This document shows positions 62,550-64,000 of a DNA stretch of 64,000 nt, one piece after another. The translations under genes were made by a program, and so were the position numbers. The stretch is from an uncultured Anaerotruncus sp. (GTDB lineage: Bacteria; Bacillota; Clostridia; Oscillospirales; Ruminococcaceae), in contig CALWZG010000055.1 of the NCBI GenBank assembly GCA_944385965.1, forward strand, positions 8,018-72,017. The letters run 5' to 3'. Each line of letters begins with the position of its first letter. Positions within the stretch are counted from its first letter, which is position 1. The notes beneath the pieces are model-generated. The model was not told the DNA's origin. It made no database searches and saw only the letters and a list, made by a program, of their open reading frames with translations.

Positions 62550-64000
62550 TTTTGCGCCTCCTTATACCCTAAAGCTGCCGCAATCAATTCTCTGAATAAA
62601 GGATGGGCCCGATTGGGGCGGCTCTTAAACTCAGGATGATACTGCACCCCGATATAGAAAGGATGTCCTTCCAGTTCAATGGCTTCCACCAGTTCCCCAT
62701 CGGGAGACTGGCCGGAAAATATCATTCCATGTTCCACAAACGCCCTGCGATAATCATTATTGAACTCATAACGATGACGGTGACGCTCCTGAATCTCTCC
62801 AACCCCATAGATTTCCGCCAGATGACTGTTAGGGGTTAGGCGGCATGGGTAGGCGCCCAACCGCATAGTACCGCCTTTTGGAAGATTTCCTGTCTGGTCT
62901 TTCATCAGGTCAATCACCAGATGCTGGGAACCTGGAGCGAATTCTCTTGAGTCTGCATCCTGGAACCCCAGCTCATTGCGGGCAAACTCAATGGCCGTAA
63001 TCTGCATCCCAAGGCAGATACCCAAATAGGGGAGTTTTTTCTCACGGGCATACCGGGCAGCCAGAATCATTCCTTGGATTCCCCGGTCCCCAAATCCGCC
63101 GGGAACAATCACACCATCTACATCTCCCAGCAGGGTATCCACTGTTTCGGGGGTGATTTCCTGACTATCAATCCATCGAATCTCCACATCGGCCTCATTC
63201 TCCCAGCCTCCATGCCGAAGAGCTTCCGCCACCGAAAGGTAAGAATCATGGAGCTGGACATATTTACCCACCAGCCCGATGGTCACCTTCTTTTTACAGT
63301 TTCTCATCCTGTCTACCATGCGTTCCCAGTTGTCCAGCCCATGGTCTTTCGGCGCTGGAATGGATAATTCCTCCAATACTGTATCCGCCAGACCTGCCTT
63401 TTCCAGCATAAGAGGGGCTTCGTACAGCAGGGGCAGGGTGAGATTTTGAATAACGCACCGCTCTTTTACATTGCAGAACAGGGCGATTTTCTTGCGGATG
63501 CTGTCCTCTACCGGACGGTCACAGCGAATTACAATCAGGTCAGGCATGATTCCAAAGGATTGCAGCTCCTTCACGGAATGTTGGGTGGGTTTGGATTTAT
63601 GCTCTCCTGAGGACTCCAAATAAGGAACCAGGGTCACATGAATAAACAGGCAATTCTCCCGTCCTACCTCCTGAGATACCTGACGGATTGCTTCCAAAAA
63701 AGGCTGGGATTCCATGTCTCCTGTGGTTCCTCCAATTTCGGTAATGACAAAGTCGGCCCCTGTTTTCTCCCGCACGGCGTAAATAAACCCTTTAATCTCA
63801 TTGGTCACATGGGGAATCACCTGGACTGTCTGTCCCAGATACTCCCCACGGCGCTCCTTTTGAAGCACATTCCAATAAACCTTGCCGGTGGTCAAATTGG
63901 AAAAATGATTTAAATTCTCGTCGATAAACCGCTCATAATGCCCCAAATCCAGGTCGGTCTCCGCTCCATCCTCTGTCACAAAAACCTCTCCATGCTGATA
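62546..64000 (-). CDS. pyrG: CTP synthase, C-terminal ~485 codons (N-terminus lies beyond the right edge)
   Basis: The frame stays open to position 64000 ([25 protein letters not shown]). Glutamine amidotransferase motifs GICLGMQ and HRHRYE. 4-nt overlap with nadE. Confidence 0.93.
   Translation of the reverse strand, partial: YQHGEVFVTEDGAETDLDLGHYERFIDENLNHFSNLTTGKVYWNVLQKERRGEYLGQTVQVIPHVTNEIKGFIYAVREKTGADFVITEIGGTTGDMESQPFLEAIRQVSQEVGRENCLFIHVTLVPYLESSGEHKSKPTQHSVKELQSFGIMPDLIVIRCDRPVEDSIRKKIALFCNVKERCVIQNLTLPLLYEAPLMLEKAGLADTVLEELSIPAPKDHGLDNWERMVDRMRNCKKKVTIGLVGKYVQLHDSYLSVAEALRHGGWENEADVEIRWIDSQEITPETVDTLLGDVDGVIVPGGFGDRGIQGMILAARYAREKKLPYLGICLGMQITAIEFARNELGFQDADSREFAPGSQHLVIDLMKDQTGNLPKGGTMRLGAYPCRLTPNSHLAEIYGVGEIQERHRHRYEFNNDYRRAFVEHGMIFSGQSPDGELVEAIELEGHPFYIGVQYHPEFKSRPNRAHPLFRELIAAALGYKEAQK

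Noticed and set aside
1-64000. A window-wide look for tRNA/rRNA genes, CRISPR arrays, IS elements, integrases, phage or toxin-antitoxin/defence genes.
   Set aside because: I could recognise none by eye. Every intergenic gap above 150 bp was read on both strands and is explained by promoters, terminators or the elements listed above. A tRNAscan, Rfam and ISfinder run would be needed to confirm this formally.

Overview
This window looks like core chromosome from a moderate-GC Firmicute, most likely a spore-forming anaerobic Clostridia member. The clues are strong GGAGG-type Shine-Dalgarno sites, anaerobic Cbi cobalamin genes, an IspH-S1 fusion, a TepA/YlzJ/FtsK neighbourhood and [FeFe]-hydrogenases. 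I call about 64 protein genes, roughly three quarters of them on the minus strand and nearly all of those from 37 kb onward. They are separated by many clean rho-independent hairpins. I found one TPP riboswitch (17.58-17.72 kb). I found no rRNA, tRNA, CRISPR array, IS/transposase, integrase or phage gene, so nothing here reads as a mobile or defence island.

Gene content, left to right:
- hemA'-cbiG-cbiF-cbiL-cbiD, prs, degV, an M20 peptidase, an EamA transporter, a YfbM-like protein, an orphan hutP, cbiK and a DtxR-type repressor.
- An MMPL transporter coupled to a 911-aa acidic exported protein, then a radical-SAM-like remnant.
- A TPP-riboswitch transporter-tenA unit, a YbjN-like protein, a G5-M23 peptidase, a GNAT, and marR with a heterodimeric ABC exporter.
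- A DUF4250 protein with an isochorismatase, azlCD, two NhaC antiporters, an MBL hydrolase, and a PHP / malic enzyme / TSCPD / unknown operon.
- DnaD and a DnaC-like loader, ygiQ, ftsK, uppP, ylzJ-tepA, and a lipoprotein / sigma / anti-sigma module.
- ispH-S1, plsC, cmk, a flavoprotein and rpiR, then the hydrogenase operon, then ygjP-like, a 2-hydroxyacid dehydrogenase, nadE and pyrG'.

Best leads:
1. The four-gene operon 2Fe-2S protein / HydS-type sensory [FeFe]-hydrogenase / PP2C phosphatase / catalytic hydrogenase. No kinase or DNA-binding output is encoded with it.
2. The translationally coupled MMPL plus giant acidic exported protein pair, with a phased TTGTC repeat array in its control region.
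3. An A8 homopolymer that separates a perfect RBS+ATG from the body of a small membrane-protein ORF.
4. A radical-SAM-like protein that lacks the CxxxCxxC motif.

All family assignments come from reading motifs by eye and from memory. No database search was run.
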